From: Bdellovibrionales bacterium
Lineage (GTDB): Bacteria; Bdellovibrionota; Bdellovibrionia; Bdellovibrionales; UBA1609
Reading direction: 5' to 3'
DNA: 64,000 nucleotides
Assembly: GCA_965197855.1 (NCBI GenBank)
Contig: OZ240230.1
Span: 1,089,266-1,153,265, forward strand
The position numbers were made by a program, and so were the translations under genes. Under the pieces are notes generated by a model that searched no databases, had not been told where the DNA came from, and was given only the letters and a program-made list of their open reading frames with translations. Below are positions 25,121 through 35,357 of this stretch, one piece after another (position 1 is the first letter of the stretch; each line of letters begins with the position of its first letter).

Positions 25121-26473
25121 ATGAAAAATATAAATAGAGTAAAAAGACAATTTTTTGATCTGGAACAGACTTTAAAAAATCAAATAAGCCCTAAGTCCCT
25201 ATTGGAGAAAATGGAGTCGGCAGATATAGCCTCCTTTTTGTCTTATGAAGATCAGTATATGTCTCAAATTATTTCTGTTTTGATTGAGATACAAAAGTTA
25301 GGTTCGGTTTTAGAAGAAATGCCCTCTGACAAATTGATTCCTCTATTAAGAGATATGCCAAAAAAACAGATGGATGGTCTCTTCGCTTCTGCTCAAATGG
25401 ATGATCTTATTTATCTGCTTCAATTTATAGAGCCTGAAAAGCAGGATGAGATTTTAGCTCTATCTTCCCGCAGGGAGCAGATTCAAAAGTTTTTGAAATA
25501 TTCTGAAAATCAGGCGGGGCGTATTATGCGCATTCCTGTATTTGCTTTGCCGGTTCAAATGAGTGCTTTTGACAGTATTAAAAAATTAAGAGAAAGGTCT
25601 CTCGAAGAGTTTATCTTTTATACTTATTGTGTAGACGATCAAGGCCGGCTGATTGGTGTTGTATCCATGAGACAGGTGGCCACAGCACCGGCAGATACAC
25701 CTTTGGAAAAACTGATTAAGCGAGAAGTGATTTATGTGCATGATACTGTTTCAACGAGAGACGTGGCTAAGGTAGCCGCTCATTATGATTTTTTAGCTTT
25801 GCCTGTAGTGGATAAAGATCAAAAACTTTTAGGGCTTATTACTATGGATGATATTATTGATATTATACAGGAGCAAAATACAGCCAATATTTATGCTAGG
25901 GCAGGTCTTCATACAGAAGAAAGAGTTCATTCCAGTCCATGGATGAGTATTAAAAATCGTCTTCCTTGGATGTTTTTGAATCTTATTCTAGCTGTCTTGG
26001 CCAGTTCTGTTATTTCACTGTTTGAAGAAACCATGAGTCGCTTGATTATTTTAGCAAGTTTAAAAAATATTGTAGCCAGTATGGGAGGAAATACAGCGAT
26101 ACAAACTTTGACAGTGACCACTCGCGGGATGGCCACAGGGGATTTTCGCTTTACTCCTTTTACTGCTTCTTTGTTCAAAGAACTTATCGTTGGTTTAGTA
26201 ATGGGAGTGGTTATGGGTATTAGTGCTGGAGTGATTACTTATTTATGGAAAGGAAGTCTATTGGTGTCTGGGGTGATTTGTATTGCTATGGCTTTGAATT
26301 GTTTAATGGCTGTTTTTATGGGTTCTGTAATTCCTATTTTACTGAGTTTATTTAAAAGAGATCCTGCGGCTGGGAGTGGGGTGTTAGTCACAATGATTAC
26401 AGATATTTTTGGTTTCTTTACTTTTTTAGCAATAGCTCAGTTAGGACTTTATTTATTTGGTGTACAATTATAA
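25121..26473 (+). CDS. mgtE: Magnesium transporter MgtE
   Basis: 450 aa with an MgtE N-domain, a CBS pair (YCVDDQGRLIGVVSMRQV, LPVVDKDQKLLGLITMDDIIDI) and a C-terminal TM domain ending ...TDIFGFFTFLAIA. Confidence 0.9.
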   Translation: MKNINRVKRQFFDLEQTLKNQISPKSLLEKMESADIASFLSYEDQYMSQIISVLIEIQKLGSVLEEMPSDKLIPLLRDMPKKQMDGLFASAQMDDLIYLLQFIEPEKQDEILALSSRREQIQKFLKYSENQAGRIMRIPVFALPVQMSAFDSIKKLRERSLEEFIFYTYCVDDQGRLIGVVSMRQVATAPADTPLEKLIKREVIYVHDTVSTRDVAKVAAHYDFLALPVVDKDQKLLGLITMDDIIDIIQEQNTANIYARAGLHTEERVHSSPWMSIKNRLPWMFLNLILAVLASSVISLFEETMSRLIILASLKNIVASMGGNTAIQTLTVTTRGMATGDFRFTPFTASLFKELIVGLVMGVVMGISAGVITYLWKGSLLVSGVICIAMALNCLMAVFMGSVIPILLSLFKRDPAAGSGVLVTMITDIFGFFTFLAIAQLGLYLFGVQL

Positions 26474-26482
26474 AGGGGTCTA

Positions 26483-27445
26483 ATGAGTTTTAATACTGCC
26501 TTGTTATCTGAGAAAATTCTTGAATCTCAGTCTTTTGTTTTAACCACTCATAAAAATTGTGATGCGGATGGCTTGGGTTCTATTCTAGCTTTTCACCATG
26601 TTTTAAAAAATTTAGGAAAAAAGGTGCAGTCTTTAGCTGTGGATGAAATTGCCAAACGTTATGATTTCATAAATTATCAGGATTACATCTCTGTCTATCA
26701 AAAAGACCAAGTACACTCGGCAGATTTAGCCCTTATTTTTGATACTAATGATCCGAGGTTGGTTGAGCCTTTGTATTCTGAATTAAAACAAAAAACAAAG
26801 ACACAAATTTTTATTGATCATCATTCGCCTCTGTCTTTCACAGAAGGTTTGAATATGTTTTTAGATGAAAATGCGGCCAGTACCGGGGAGCTTTGTCATG
26901 CTTTATTTGAAGAGATGAAAGTGCCTATCACTCAGGAGGTGGCTCGGGCTCTTTACATTAGTATTATTTTTGATACGGGGATGTTTCGCAGTTCAAAGAA
27001 TTTATCGGGTGCTTTTTACACATGTTCAAAATTGTGCCATCAAGTGGATGTGAATCAAATTTATGAAGAGCTTTTCTGTCGTTATGATCAACAGGCCTGG
27101 AAAGGGATGGTTCAACTACTTAATCAGGTTCAATATAATAAAGATCAGACTGTGGCTTTTATAGAATGTGATTATGAGTCTTTTCAAAAACTAAGTATCA
27201 GTGTTTTTCATATTTTAGATGCTTTGGATTTGGTGATGAAGAGAAAATCTGTGCTTGTAGGTTTTGTAAGTATTGAGAAAAATCCAGGGCAATATAAATT
27301 AAGTTTTAGAAGCAAGCAGTCTGTTTCTATTTCCAAGTTGGCGGAAGATTTAGGTGGGGGAGGACATGAACATTCCGCCGGAGCAACGGTAAAAGAATAT
27401 TCAAAAGAAAATATCTTAAGATTGATACAAAACCACCTTTCTTAA
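26483..27445 (+). CDS. DHH-family phosphoesterase (NrnA-like oligoribonuclease/pAp phosphatase)
   Basis: Motifs HKNCDADGLGS, FIDHHSP (DHH) and GGGGHEHSAG (DHHA1 GGGH) are present. Confidence 0.8.
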   Translation: MSFNTALLSEKILESQSFVLTTHKNCDADGLGSILAFHHVLKNLGKKVQSLAVDEIAKRYDFINYQDYISVYQKDQVHSADLALIFDTNDPRLVEPLYSELKQKTKTQIFIDHHSPLSFTEGLNMFLDENAASTGELCHALFEEMKVPITQEVARALYISIIFDTGMFRSSKNLSGAFYTCSKLCHQVDVNQIYEELFCRYDQQAWKGMVQLLNQVQYNKDQTVAFIECDYESFQKLSISVFHILDALDLVMKRKSVLVGFVSIEKNPGQYKLSFRSKQSVSISKLAEDLGGGGHEHSAGATVKEYSKENILRLIQNHLS

Positions 27446-27451
27446 ATGGCT

Positions 27452-27587
27452 CAAACGAGTTGTGTGTCTGAGCTTTGAGTCACTTATACAAAGTATTTCC
27501 TACCCACTATGATTTCTATCAAAATATAGATGTGAAACCCTACAAACGAAGAGAAGCTAAGGTTTTGCTTCTTTTTTTAAAAGAAGA
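27452..27587 (+). repeat. Intergenic repeat family 2, copy 2 (includes an AT-rich hairpin abutting the phoR stop)
   Basis: CAAACGAGTTGTGTGTCTGAGCTTTGAGTC (27452..27481) and the hairpin CTTCTTTT-TTT-AAAAGAAG (27568..27586). It lies between the convergent nrnA-like and phoR genes. Confidence 0.6.
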
Positions 27588-27588
27588 T

Positions 27589-29019
27589 CTATCGAGGGAA
27601 AGTACAGGTGAGTTTAGCGCCTTTGCCGCGTCTTCGGCTGGTCAAATAAACATGGCCTCCATGTTTTTCCATCACTTGTTTTACAATTGCCAATCCAATA
27701 CCTGTTCCGCCTTTTTCACGTGAGCGATCTTCATCCACACGGTAAAATCTTTCAAAAATACGGTGCTGGTGACGTAAAGGGATGCCTTCTCCATTATCTT
27801 TGACTGTGAGTAAAATAAAGTGTGGATGTTTTTCCCAAATAACATCAATTTCAGAATCTGCTGGTGTGTACTTAACAGCATTATGAACCAGATTGTAAAG
27901 CACTTGCTCCAGCCATTGACGGGAAGCTAATACCGTATCTGCTTTGAAAATATAGTTCATCTTGTGGTTACTCATTGGAATCGTTTCACAAGCCACTGCA
28001 GTGATTTCTCTGGTGTTCACTTCTTGTTTGTTTAAATGAGAAATAGAATCAATATGAGAGAGGCTTAAAAGGTCATCAATCAGTTCAATCAATCGAGCCA
28101 CATTCTTACTGACAATATTTAAAAAATTATTGATTTGGTCATACTTTTTTTCCTCTAAATCAGCGTACATTGTTTCTAAGAAACCTTTGATAGAAGTTAG
28201 AGGAGTTTTTAACTCATGTGAAACATTGGACACAAAATCAATATGACTTTTCTCTGTATTTTTAATTTCAGTTTTATCAAAAAACACAATCACAGCTCCA
28301 TTCACTTGGCTTTGAATGTGCACAAGAGGTGAAATAGAAATATTAAATATACGTGGAGCTTGGTATTCTCCTATATTTAATGTGAGATCCCAGTTAAATG
28401 TGGATCCTAATGTCAGACATTTTTCTAAATTTTCTAAAATTTCTTTATTATTGACAACCTCTTGGATGGGGTTTTGAGGCTCTATCATAGGAAATAAGTT
28501 TTTACTTTGTGGATTGGAAAAGATAATTGTCTTATGAGAATCAATAGCAATAATGGCATCAGAAACAGATGCGGCAATAGCTTCCAGTTCTGCTTTTTCA
28601 CGTATCAGGTGTACACTAGTTTGTTTAATATTCTTATAAATCAAATCCAGGTTTTTATTTAAGTCGTAAAACTCTCCGGGAGTTTGACTTGTCTCTATAT
28701 GTTTAAAGAGAGTTGACTGGCTTGTTGAAGTATTGTCTGGATTGGAAATATGGGCAATGCGTTCTATTTTTTGTATCACTGTCATTAAAGGCTTTAGATA
28801 TAAAAATGTTGCTAAAATACCTAAAGATAAACACAGGATAAATCCTAATAGCAGTAATAATATTGTGAAATAAAACAAAAATTCTTTAGGAATGACTGGA
28901 AAGATTGTTTTTGTCACAAACCATAGAAATAGAGAATAAACGATGAAGCCGGCTAAAGATATAAGAGAGTATTTTTTTAAAACCCATATCAATAAAGAAA
29001 AAGGAAATTTTTTATTCAT
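27589..29019 (-). CDS. phoR: Phosphate regulon sensor histidine kinase PhoR
   Basis: 476 aa with two N-terminal TM segments, a PAS-like region, an H-box FVSNVSHELKTPLTSI, an N-box LVHNAVKYT and G-boxes VKDNGEGIP and GTGIGLAIV. Last gene of the pst-pho operon. Confidence 0.85.
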   Translation of the reverse strand: MNKKFPFSLLIWVLKKYSLISLAGFIVYSLFLWFVTKTIFPVIPKEFLFYFTILLLLLGFILCLSLGILATFLYLKPLMTVIQKIERIAHISNPDNTSTSQSTLFKHIETSQTPGEFYDLNKNLDLIYKNIKQTSVHLIREKAELEAIAASVSDAIIAIDSHKTIIFSNPQSKNLFPMIEPQNPIQEVVNNKEILENLEKCLTLGSTFNWDLTLNIGEYQAPRIFNISISPLVHIQSQVNGAVIVFFDKTEIKNTEKSHIDFVSNVSHELKTPLTSIKGFLETMYADLEEKKYDQINNFLNIVSKNVARLIELIDDLLSLSHIDSISHLNKQEVNTREITAVACETIPMSNHKMNYIFKADTVLASRQWLEQVLYNLVHNAVKYTPADSEIDVIWEKHPHFILLTVKDNGEGIPLRHQHRIFERFYRVDEDRSREKGGTGIGLAIVKQVMEKHGGHVYLTSRRRGKGAKLTCTFPR

Positions 29020-29026
29020 ACTTTTG

Positions 29027-29737
29027 TTACTTCAGGTAACCAATACGATACCCGACACCTCTCACTGTTTCAATAAGCTTTCCATAATGACCTATTTTTT
29101 TTCTTAAAATAGACGTATGAGTGTCAATAGTACGGCTGGTAACATTTGTTTCTTCCCCTTGTATGTAAGAAGCTAATTGTTGTCTGGAAAGAACTTTTCC
29201 CTGGTTTTTAAGTAAAGTTTCCAGAAGCAAAAACTCTGATAAAGTTAAAGTCACCTCTTGATTTTGTATAAATACTTTATGGGCTTCTCGATCTAAAGTT
29301 AAATCTCCAATAGTTAGTTTGGACGAGGCATTCGACTTTTCTAAATACTTAATTTCATGACGGCGGAGCAAACTGGAAACCCTGGCCATCAGTACACGTA
29401 AATCAAAAGGCTTTATCAGGTAATCATCTGCTCCTGTTTGCAAAGCTTTAACAATATTTTCCGGTTCAGATTTGGCTGTGACAAACAAAATGGGAGTGGC
29501 TCCTAAAGGAAGAGGTTTATTTCGAATCCATGATAAAAGCTCCAGACCGCTCATCCCCGGCAACATCCAATCCAGAATAATCAGGTCAAAAGAGTTTTGT
29601 TCTAACATTTCGTAAGCTTTGCTTCCATTGATAGCTTCTTGAGTGTTGTGACCTTTGCGGTTTAAGTGCAAACACATCAATTGACGAATGTCTTGTTCAT
29701 CTTCGATAACAAGTATTTTTGATGGATCAACTGCCAT
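29027..29737 (-). CDS. phoB: Phosphate regulon response regulator PhoB (OmpR family)
   Basis: The track ORF runs to 29827, but the receiver domain begins MAVDPSKILVIEDEQDI at ATG 29737 (alternative 29749). DLIILDWMLPGMSG is present, and the winged helix ends TVRGVGYRIG. Overlaps the phoU stop by 11 nt. Confidence 0.85.
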   Translation of the reverse strand: MAVDPSKILVIEDEQDIRQLMCLHLNRKGHNTQEAINGSKAYEMLEQNSFDLIILDWMLPGMSGLELLSWIRNKPLPLGATPILFVTAKSEPENIVKALQTGADDYLIKPFDLRVLMARVSSLLRRHEIKYLEKSNASSKLTIGDLTLDREAHKVFIQNQEVTLTLSEFLLLETLLKNQGKVLSRQQLASYIQGEETNVTSRTIDTHTSILRKKIGHYGKLIETVRGVGYRIGYLK

Positions 29738-30455
29738 GGCGAATATCATACCCTGTTTGCAGGAAGATAATCTCTTCTGCAATGTTAGTGGAATGATCTG
29801 CAATTCTTTCCAAACCATTGCTGACAATAATAAATTCTACTCCAGTTGGGATCAGATGAGGATGATCTTTCATAATTTGTTTAGATTTTTTTTTAATTTG
29901 TGTTTGGCAGGAATCCACCATATCGTCCATTTCCAATACATTTTTAGCAATGCTTATATCTTCTTTCATAAAAGATTGCAGGGAGAGGCGAACCATTTGG
30001 ATAGTGGATTGAAACATTTTCTCTAAAGTAGAATAACAAGGCTTCAGGGAGGGGTCTTCATCCATCTTTTGTGTTCTGTGAGCAATATTGATAGCTAAAT
30101 CTCCCATTCTTTCTAAATCCGTGTTGGCATAAAGACAGGTTAAAATGAGTCGAAGATCTTTTGCCACAGGAGCTTGCCTTGCCAAGGCTCGAAAACAAGA
30201 TTTAGACAGTTTTAGTTGAAGGGCATTTATTTTGTCCTCTCTTTTTTTAATGGAAATGAGTTTTTGCTCAATGGCGGCTTTGCTAAAAACAATCTCCTGA
30301 GTGTCAGAAATAGTTTGCTCCACACATTCTCCCATAGCACAGGCCAGAGATTTCATGTAATGCAGTCGCTCATCCAAACGGCTTCGAAAACGAGTGATAT
30401 TTTGTTTTTTTAATTTCATATTCTCCATTGTGACATTATGGGTTTTTAACTTCAA
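29727..30455 (-). CDS. phoU: Phosphate signalling regulator PhoU
   Basis: 242 aa with duplicated PhoU repeats (DLERMGDLAINIA and GLERIADHSTNIAEE). Confidence 0.9.
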   Translation of the reverse strand: MKLKTHNVTMENMKLKKQNITRFRSRLDERLHYMKSLACAMGECVEQTISDTQEIVFSKAAIEQKLISIKKREDKINALQLKLSKSCFRALARQAPVAKDLRLILTCLYANTDLERMGDLAINIAHRTQKMDEDPSLKPCYSTLEKMFQSTIQMVRLSLQSFMKEDISIAKNVLEMDDMVDSCQTQIKKKSKQIMKDHPHLIPTGVEFIIVSNGLERIADHSTNIAEEIIFLQTGYDIRHGS

Positions 30456-30461
30456 GTCTAT

Positions 30462-31229
30462 TTAACCGAAGCGTCCTGTAATGTATTGTTCTGTTCGTGG
30501 GTCGGACGGATTGGTAAATAGTCTGGACGTTTTTTTATATTCTACTAACTCTCCATTAAGTAAAAAAGCGGTGTTATCAGAAATTCTTGAAGCTTGTTGC
30601 ATATTATGAGTGACGATGATTACTGTCACAGTTTGTGCTAGATGACGAATCAATTCTTCAATACGCATAGTAGAAATCGGATCTAAGGCAGAAGTTGGTT
30701 CATCCATTAAAATAACAGAAGGGGTTGTAGCAAGGGTGCGGGCCATACACAGTCTTTGTTGTTGTCCCCCGGATAAACTGGTGCCAGGTCTTTTCAAAAT
30801 ATTTTTCACTTCATTCCAAAGAGCGGCTTGAGTCAAAGAACTATGAACTTTTTCCTCTAAAAGAGATTTTTTTTTAATTCCTAGAAGTCGGAGACCTAAA
30901 GCTACATTATCAAAAATACTCATTCCAGGAAAGGGGTTGGGTTTTTGAAATACCATACCCACTTTTCTTCTGATGAGCACAGGGTCTGCAGAAGGATCAT
31001 AAATATTCTGTTTATTTAAAATCACTTCCCCTTCTACATGAGCCTCAGGTGTTTCTTCATGCATGCGGTTGAGGCAACGAATGAAAGTGGATTTTCCACA
31101 ACCAGAGGGTCCAATTAAAGCCACCACTTTGTTGGTTGAGACATCCAAGTTGATATTTTTTAAAACAAGTGTGGAAGAAAAATAAGCTTTTAAATTTTTT
31201 ATTTCAAGTAAAACAGTATCTGTATTCAT
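30462..31229 (-). CDS. pstB: Phosphate ABC transporter ATP-binding protein PstB
   Basis: Walker [10 protein letters not shown], signature [13 protein letters not shown] and the C-terminus YITGRFG typical of PstB. Confidence 0.92.
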   Translation of the reverse strand: MNTDTVLLEIKNLKAYFSSTLVLKNINLDVSTNKVVALIGPSGCGKSTFIRCLNRMHEETPEAHVEGEVILNKQNIYDPSADPVLIRRKVGMVFQKPNPFPGMSIFDNVALGLRLLGIKKKSLLEEKVHSSLTQAALWNEVKNILKRPGTSLSGGQQQRLCMARTLATTPSVILMDEPTSALDPISTMRIEELIRHLAQTVTVIIVTHNMQQASRISDNTAFLLNGELVEYKKTSRLFTNPSDPRTEQYITGRFG

Positions 31230-32089
31230 CTTTCCAACCTTTTTTTATAAAGAAATAACATAGATCGAACTGTTAAATTAACCAAGAATACAAATACAAT
31301 TAACACTAAAGCTCCACTCCAGGCCAGATCTTCTAGTGTTTGAAAACCGCTTTTTGCAAATTCATAAATTTGTACAGGTAGAGTAGATGTTGGTTCACTC
31401 AGGCTTTGTGCGTAAAATTGGTTGCCCAAAGAAGTAAATAGAAGGGGTGCAGTTTCACCGGAGATACGGGCAATAGCTAAAATCACCCCAGTAATCAACA
31501 TGGAATAGGTGCCTGGGATCAGAATGTTCATAATCATTCTCCATCTTGGCAGTCCTAGGGCCAGACCAGCTTCACGAATATGATTAGGCACCAATCTTAA
31601 AATTTCTTCTGTGCTTTTAGCAACAATAGGAAGCATAATAACAGATAAAGCTAAAGCTCCTGCAAATGCGGAAAATCCATAGTGAATCACAACCAGGTGA
31701 TAGATAAAAATTCCTACTACGATGGAGGGGACAGTGATGAGAAGATCTATTGTAAAGCGTAAAAGACGCCCTAGCCTTTGACTTGGATATTCGCTCATAA
31801 ATATCCCAGCGCCCAGCCCCCAAGGTATTCCAATTAAAGAAGCTATGCCAACAATCACTGCACTTCCCAGGAGGGCATTGCCCATTCCACCGCCTCCTTC
31901 TAATGGAGGAGCTGGAATGTCAGTGAAAAAATGAAAGCTGAGGCCATGCCAGCCTTTTTGTACAATAAAAAAAGAAATAGCAATAAAAGGAACCAAAGCT
32001 ATAAAAGATAAGAGGGTTAAAACACCCATCATAAAATGACTGAAGTATTTTCTATAGTAGTCTCTGTTAGTGGGGGTTAAGTAATTCAA
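31226..32089 (-). CDS. pstA: Phosphate ABC transporter permease PstA
   Basis: 287 aa. Contains the EAA-like loop [15 protein letters not shown]. Position between pstC and pstB. Confidence 0.88.
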   Translation of the reverse strand: MNYLTPTNRDYYRKYFSHFMMGVLTLLSFIALVPFIAISFFIVQKGWHGLSFHFFTDIPAPPLEGGGGMGNALLGSAVIVGIASLIGIPWGLGAGIFMSEYPSQRLGRLLRFTIDLLITVPSIVVGIFIYHLVVIHYGFSAFAGALALSVIMLPIVAKSTEEILRLVPNHIREAGLALGLPRWRMIMNILIPGTYSMLITGVILAIARISGETAPLLFTSLGNQFYAQSLSEPTSTLPVQIYEFAKSGFQTLEDLAWSGALVLIVFVFLVNLTVRSMLFLYKKRLER

Positions 32090-32092
32090 TTT

Positions 32093-33049
32093 TCAACCTC
32101 TGGAAATTTTTTTTTGAGTGTTCCATACAAGAAGAAAAGATGAAGAATTGACAATAAGAGAAATAATAAACAATGCCAAAGCCACAGCTGTGAGCGAAGA
32201 AAGATGTAAAGCTGAATCTGCTTCAGCATATTGATTAGCTAAAATACTAGCCATGGTTTGAGCAGGTTCAAATAAGGACAAACTTAAGGAAGGTTTATTG
32301 CCAATGACCATAGTGACAGCCATTGTTTCACCTAAGGCTCTGCCCAGGCCCATGATACAAGCTCCAATAATGCCATTTCTCCCTCCTTTAAGCACAGCCG
32401 TTTTTAACATTTCCCATTTTGTGGCTCCAATACCCAGGACAGCTTCTTTATGAGAGTTGGGGATAGAACGAAACACTTCCTTACAGAGAGATGAAATGGT
32501 GGGAATAATCATGATGGCTAAAATGACTGCGGCAGAAAGCATGCCAATACCATATTGAGGACCTTTGAAAAATGGCAGGAAAGAAAAATATTGACCTAGA
32601 AATTCTTGAACAGGGCTTCGTAAAATAGGGGCTAATACAAAAACCCCCCACAATCCATAGACAATAGATGGGATAGCGGCCAGCATTTCCAAACAAAAAT
32701 TAAGAGGTGTAGCTAGCCATGACGGAGCCAACTCATTTATAAATAAAGCCACCCCCATGCTAATAGGGACAGCAATCAATAAAGCTAGAATAGAGGAAAA
32801 GAAAGTTCCCCAGATCATAGATAAAGCACCGAAACTTTCTTTTGGGCTATCCCATTCAGAGTTAAAGAAAAAAGATATTCCAAATTGTTTCAAAGCTGGT
32901 AGAGATTCCAGAAAAACCAAGAAGACTAAAGCGGCAAAAGTAACTAGAACCAATAGAGCTAGAATTTGCAGTATATGAAAAAACAAACGATCACTGATAT
33001 GGATATCTTTTATTGTTTGATGTGAATGAAATAACTTAGGAAGAGGCAT
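32093..33049 (-). CDS. pstC: Phosphate ABC transporter permease PstC
   Basis: 318 aa. Contains HKEAVLGIGATKWEML. Overlaps the pstS stop by 14 nt. Confidence 0.88.
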   Translation of the reverse strand: MPLPKLFHSHQTIKDIHISDRLFFHILQILALLVLVTFAALVFLVFLESLPALKQFGISFFFNSEWDSPKESFGALSMIWGTFFSSILALLIAVPISMGVALFINELAPSWLATPLNFCLEMLAAIPSIVYGLWGVFVLAPILRSPVQEFLGQYFSFLPFFKGPQYGIGMLSAAVILAIMIIPTISSLCKEVFRSIPNSHKEAVLGIGATKWEMLKTAVLKGGRNGIIGACIMGLGRALGETMAVTMVIGNKPSLSLSLFEPAQTMASILANQYAEADSALHLSSLTAVALALFIISLIVNSSSFLLVWNTQKKISRG

Positions 33050-34049
33050 TTTTATACAGTTGAATATTTTTGGCGGCTTTTTGTGCTTGTGTGATCACAT
33101 TTTCCGGTAAAGGTACATAGTATAGTGGAGAGGAAAGTTTTTGTCCGTCTGTTAAAGCCCATTGGATAAAATCAACTATTACAGTTCCTACAGATTCTTC
33201 CATTTTTTTATATATGAGTAAATAAGAAAAAGATGAAATAGGATAAGCTTTTTTTCTCTTAGAATTTACAATAGATTCCATGTAAGATTTCTGAGGTCCC
33301 ACATCTTTTGCGGCTTCTTGTACAGAAGACAGAGTAGGGGGGATGAACTGTCCTGCTTGATTTCTTACGTGAGCTGTAGGAAGTTCTTGATTAAGGGCGT
33401 ATCCCATGCCCATGTAAGCAAAAGCTCCAGGTGTTTTTTGCACTAAACCTAGAACACCTTCATTGCCTTTTCCCCCAATGCCTACAGGCCAGTTTACAGA
33501 TTTACCATGTCCTACCTGCCAGTCTTGTTGTGTCTTTTCTAGATATTCTGTAAATACAGCAGTAGTGCCGCTTCCATCTGCACGATAAACCACCACGATA
33601 TCTTTGGAAGGTAATGGAAGGTCTTTGTTTAAAGCTATGAGCTGGGGATCATTCCATTTCTTGATACTTCCATCAAATATCTGGGCAATAACTGAAGAGG
33701 TTAAATAGAGGGGTTTTGTAATATTTTTTAGATTGTAAGTCAGAACGACTGCACTCAGTGTTGAGGGAATATGTACAATAGACTTTTTACTTTTTTTTAT
33801 TTCCTGTTCTTTCATAGGAACATCAGAAGCTCCAAAATCCAATGTGCCTCTGATTAGTTGTTGAATTCCTCCTCCGCTTCCAATGGATCGATAGTTGATT
33901 TTTGTTGTGGTATTGATTTTGGAATATTCGCTAAACCATTTGGAGTATAAGATATAAGGAAATGTGGCTCCAGCTCCATTAATCAGATGAGGTGTATCAG
34001 CGGCAAAGGTAAAAGGAATAGAAAGCAACAACAGTATGATATATTTCAT
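33036..34049 (-). CDS. pstS: Phosphate-binding protein PstS
   Basis: 337 aa with a signal peptide. Motifs INGAGATFPYILYSKW, YRSIGSGGGIQQL and GASD are present. Confidence 0.9.
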   Translation of the reverse strand: MKYIILLLLSIPFTFAADTPHLINGAGATFPYILYSKWFSEYSKINTTTKINYRSIGSGGGIQQLIRGTLDFGASDVPMKEQEIKKSKKSIVHIPSTLSAVVLTYNLKNITKPLYLTSSVIAQIFDGSIKKWNDPQLIALNKDLPLPSKDIVVVYRADGSGTTAVFTEYLEKTQQDWQVGHGKSVNWPVGIGGKGNEGVLGLVQKTPGAFAYMGMGYALNQELPTAHVRNQAGQFIPPTLSSVQEAAKDVGPQKSYMESIVNSKRKKAYPISSFSYLLIYKKMEESVGTVIVDFIQWALTDGQKLSSPLYYVPLPENVITQAQKAAKNIQLYKNASS

Positions 34050-34193
34050 GAAAAAATTCCTTTTTTAAACCTTTTTATAAAAGTACTATCTTTTTTTTCT
34101 GTTACACATTGCTTCTCTGTTGTGTATGGTTAAGCTGGATTTGAAAGTCAATAGACATTATTGTTTTTTTGAAAAAAGGAGTTTTGTTAAATT

Positions 34194-34991
34194 GTGGTAA
34201 AATTAAGTGTGAATGTTAACAAAATGGCTACTTTAAGAAATTCCCGTGGTGGGAATGAACCTTGTCTCATTCAAGTGGTTGAAGATTTGGTTCAATTTGG
34301 AGTTTGGGGGATTACATTGCACCCTCGTCCGGATGCTCGTCATATTTTATACCAAGATGTGCGGGACATTGCTCAGTGTGTCCAAAAATATCCATCTGTT
34401 GAGTTAAATGTAGAAGGATACCCCAGTGAAACTTTTTTAACTTTAATTAAAGAAACAAGCCCGCATCAGTGTACGCTTGTTCCGGATCCTCCATCAGCTT
34501 TAACATCTGATCAAGGCTGGGACTTGGAAAAACAATTTTCTTTTTTAAAAAAAGTATTGAATTTTCTGCAGGAGCAGAAAGTGAGATCTTCGCTTTTTAT
34601 AGATCCTTTATGTTTTAGCTTGGATTTTTTACAAAAATTAAATCCAGATCGTGTGGAATTTTATACAGGAAATTGGGCTCGAGCTTTTGACTGTGTTAGT
34701 CAAAGAGAAACCTTTCAGTTTGGTAATAAAATCGCACATACGGATAAATTTCTCAATGAAGAGTGCTTGGAAATTTTGAACACTTATAGAATAGCTTCTG
34801 ACAAAATACATAAAATAGGAATAGGAATCAATGCAGGGCATGATTTGAATCAAAGGAATCTGAAAATACTCCTTGAAAAGGTTCCACTTATTAAGGAAAT
34901 TTCTATTGGCCATGCTTTTATTGCTGAAGCTTTATATGATGGTTTGAAATTGACCTTAGATAATTATCATCGTCTTCTGAAATCGTTATAA
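34194..34991 (+). CDS. pdxJ: Pyridoxine 5'-phosphate synthase
   Basis: LSVNVNKMATLRNSRGGNEP, ITLHPRPDARHI and NAGHDLN are PdxJ motifs. GTG start. Confidence 0.85.
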   Translation: MVKLSVNVNKMATLRNSRGGNEPCLIQVVEDLVQFGVWGITLHPRPDARHILYQDVRDIAQCVQKYPSVELNVEGYPSETFLTLIKETSPHQCTLVPDPPSALTSDQGWDLEKQFSFLKKVLNFLQEQKVRSSLFIDPLCFSLDFLQKLNPDRVEFYTGNWARAFDCVSQRETFQFGNKIAHTDKFLNEECLEILNTYRIASDKIHKIGIGINAGHDLNQRNLKILLEKVPLIKEISIGHAFIAEALYDGLKLTLDNYHRLLKSL

Positions 34992-35011
34992 AAAATGAAC
35001 CTATTTGATTG

Positions 35012-35078
35012 GGATTCATGCTTACGCAAGAATCCATTTGTATACGTAAAGTGGATCCCCGCTTTCACGGGGATGACG
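35012..35078 (+). repeat. Two-hairpin GATGAC repeat element (third full hairpin-A/spacer/hairpin-B copy)
   Basis: GGATTCATGC-TTAC-GCAAGAATCC, then the spacer ATTTGTATACGTAAAGT, then GGATCCCCGCTTTCACGGGGATGACG. It is colinear with 21631..21693 and starts 20 nt after the pdxJ stop. Confidence 0.65.
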
Positions 35079-35357
35079 AGTGTTGTGGAGATGACGTGAG
35101 TACAGGAATGATGAAAAAGTACGTTGGAACGACGTGTGCAAAAGAGATAATAGTGTTTGAGAGAATGACAGTGCATGCAAAGATGACAGTATGAGAAATG
35201 ACAGTCTGGGATTTGTGGTATTTTTTCTTTAAAAATAGTGGAAAAGGTCTAAAATATATTGTTATAGATCAATTTTTGTTTTTCATTAGGCTTGTTTATT
35301 TGTTTTAATTACATGATCATATAAAATTACCGATAGAAGGAATATATTCCGTAGGAA

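Noticed and set aside
34099-34123. Pho-box candidates upstream of pstS (CTGTTAC at 34099..34105 and CTGTTGT at 34117..34123).
   Set aside because: The heptads are on the opposite strand relative to pstS transcription. They are 18 nt apart rather than the 11-nt periodicity of CTGTCAT repeats, and the heptad at the +11 position (TGCTTCT) is a poor match.
34967-35194. Two overlapping ORFs (69 aa on the minus strand containing VIPVKAGIH, and 61 aa on the plus strand containing DPRFHGDDE).
   Set aside because: Both are translations of the hairpin repeat and its ATGAC iterations. Equivalent peptides arise wherever the repeat occurs.
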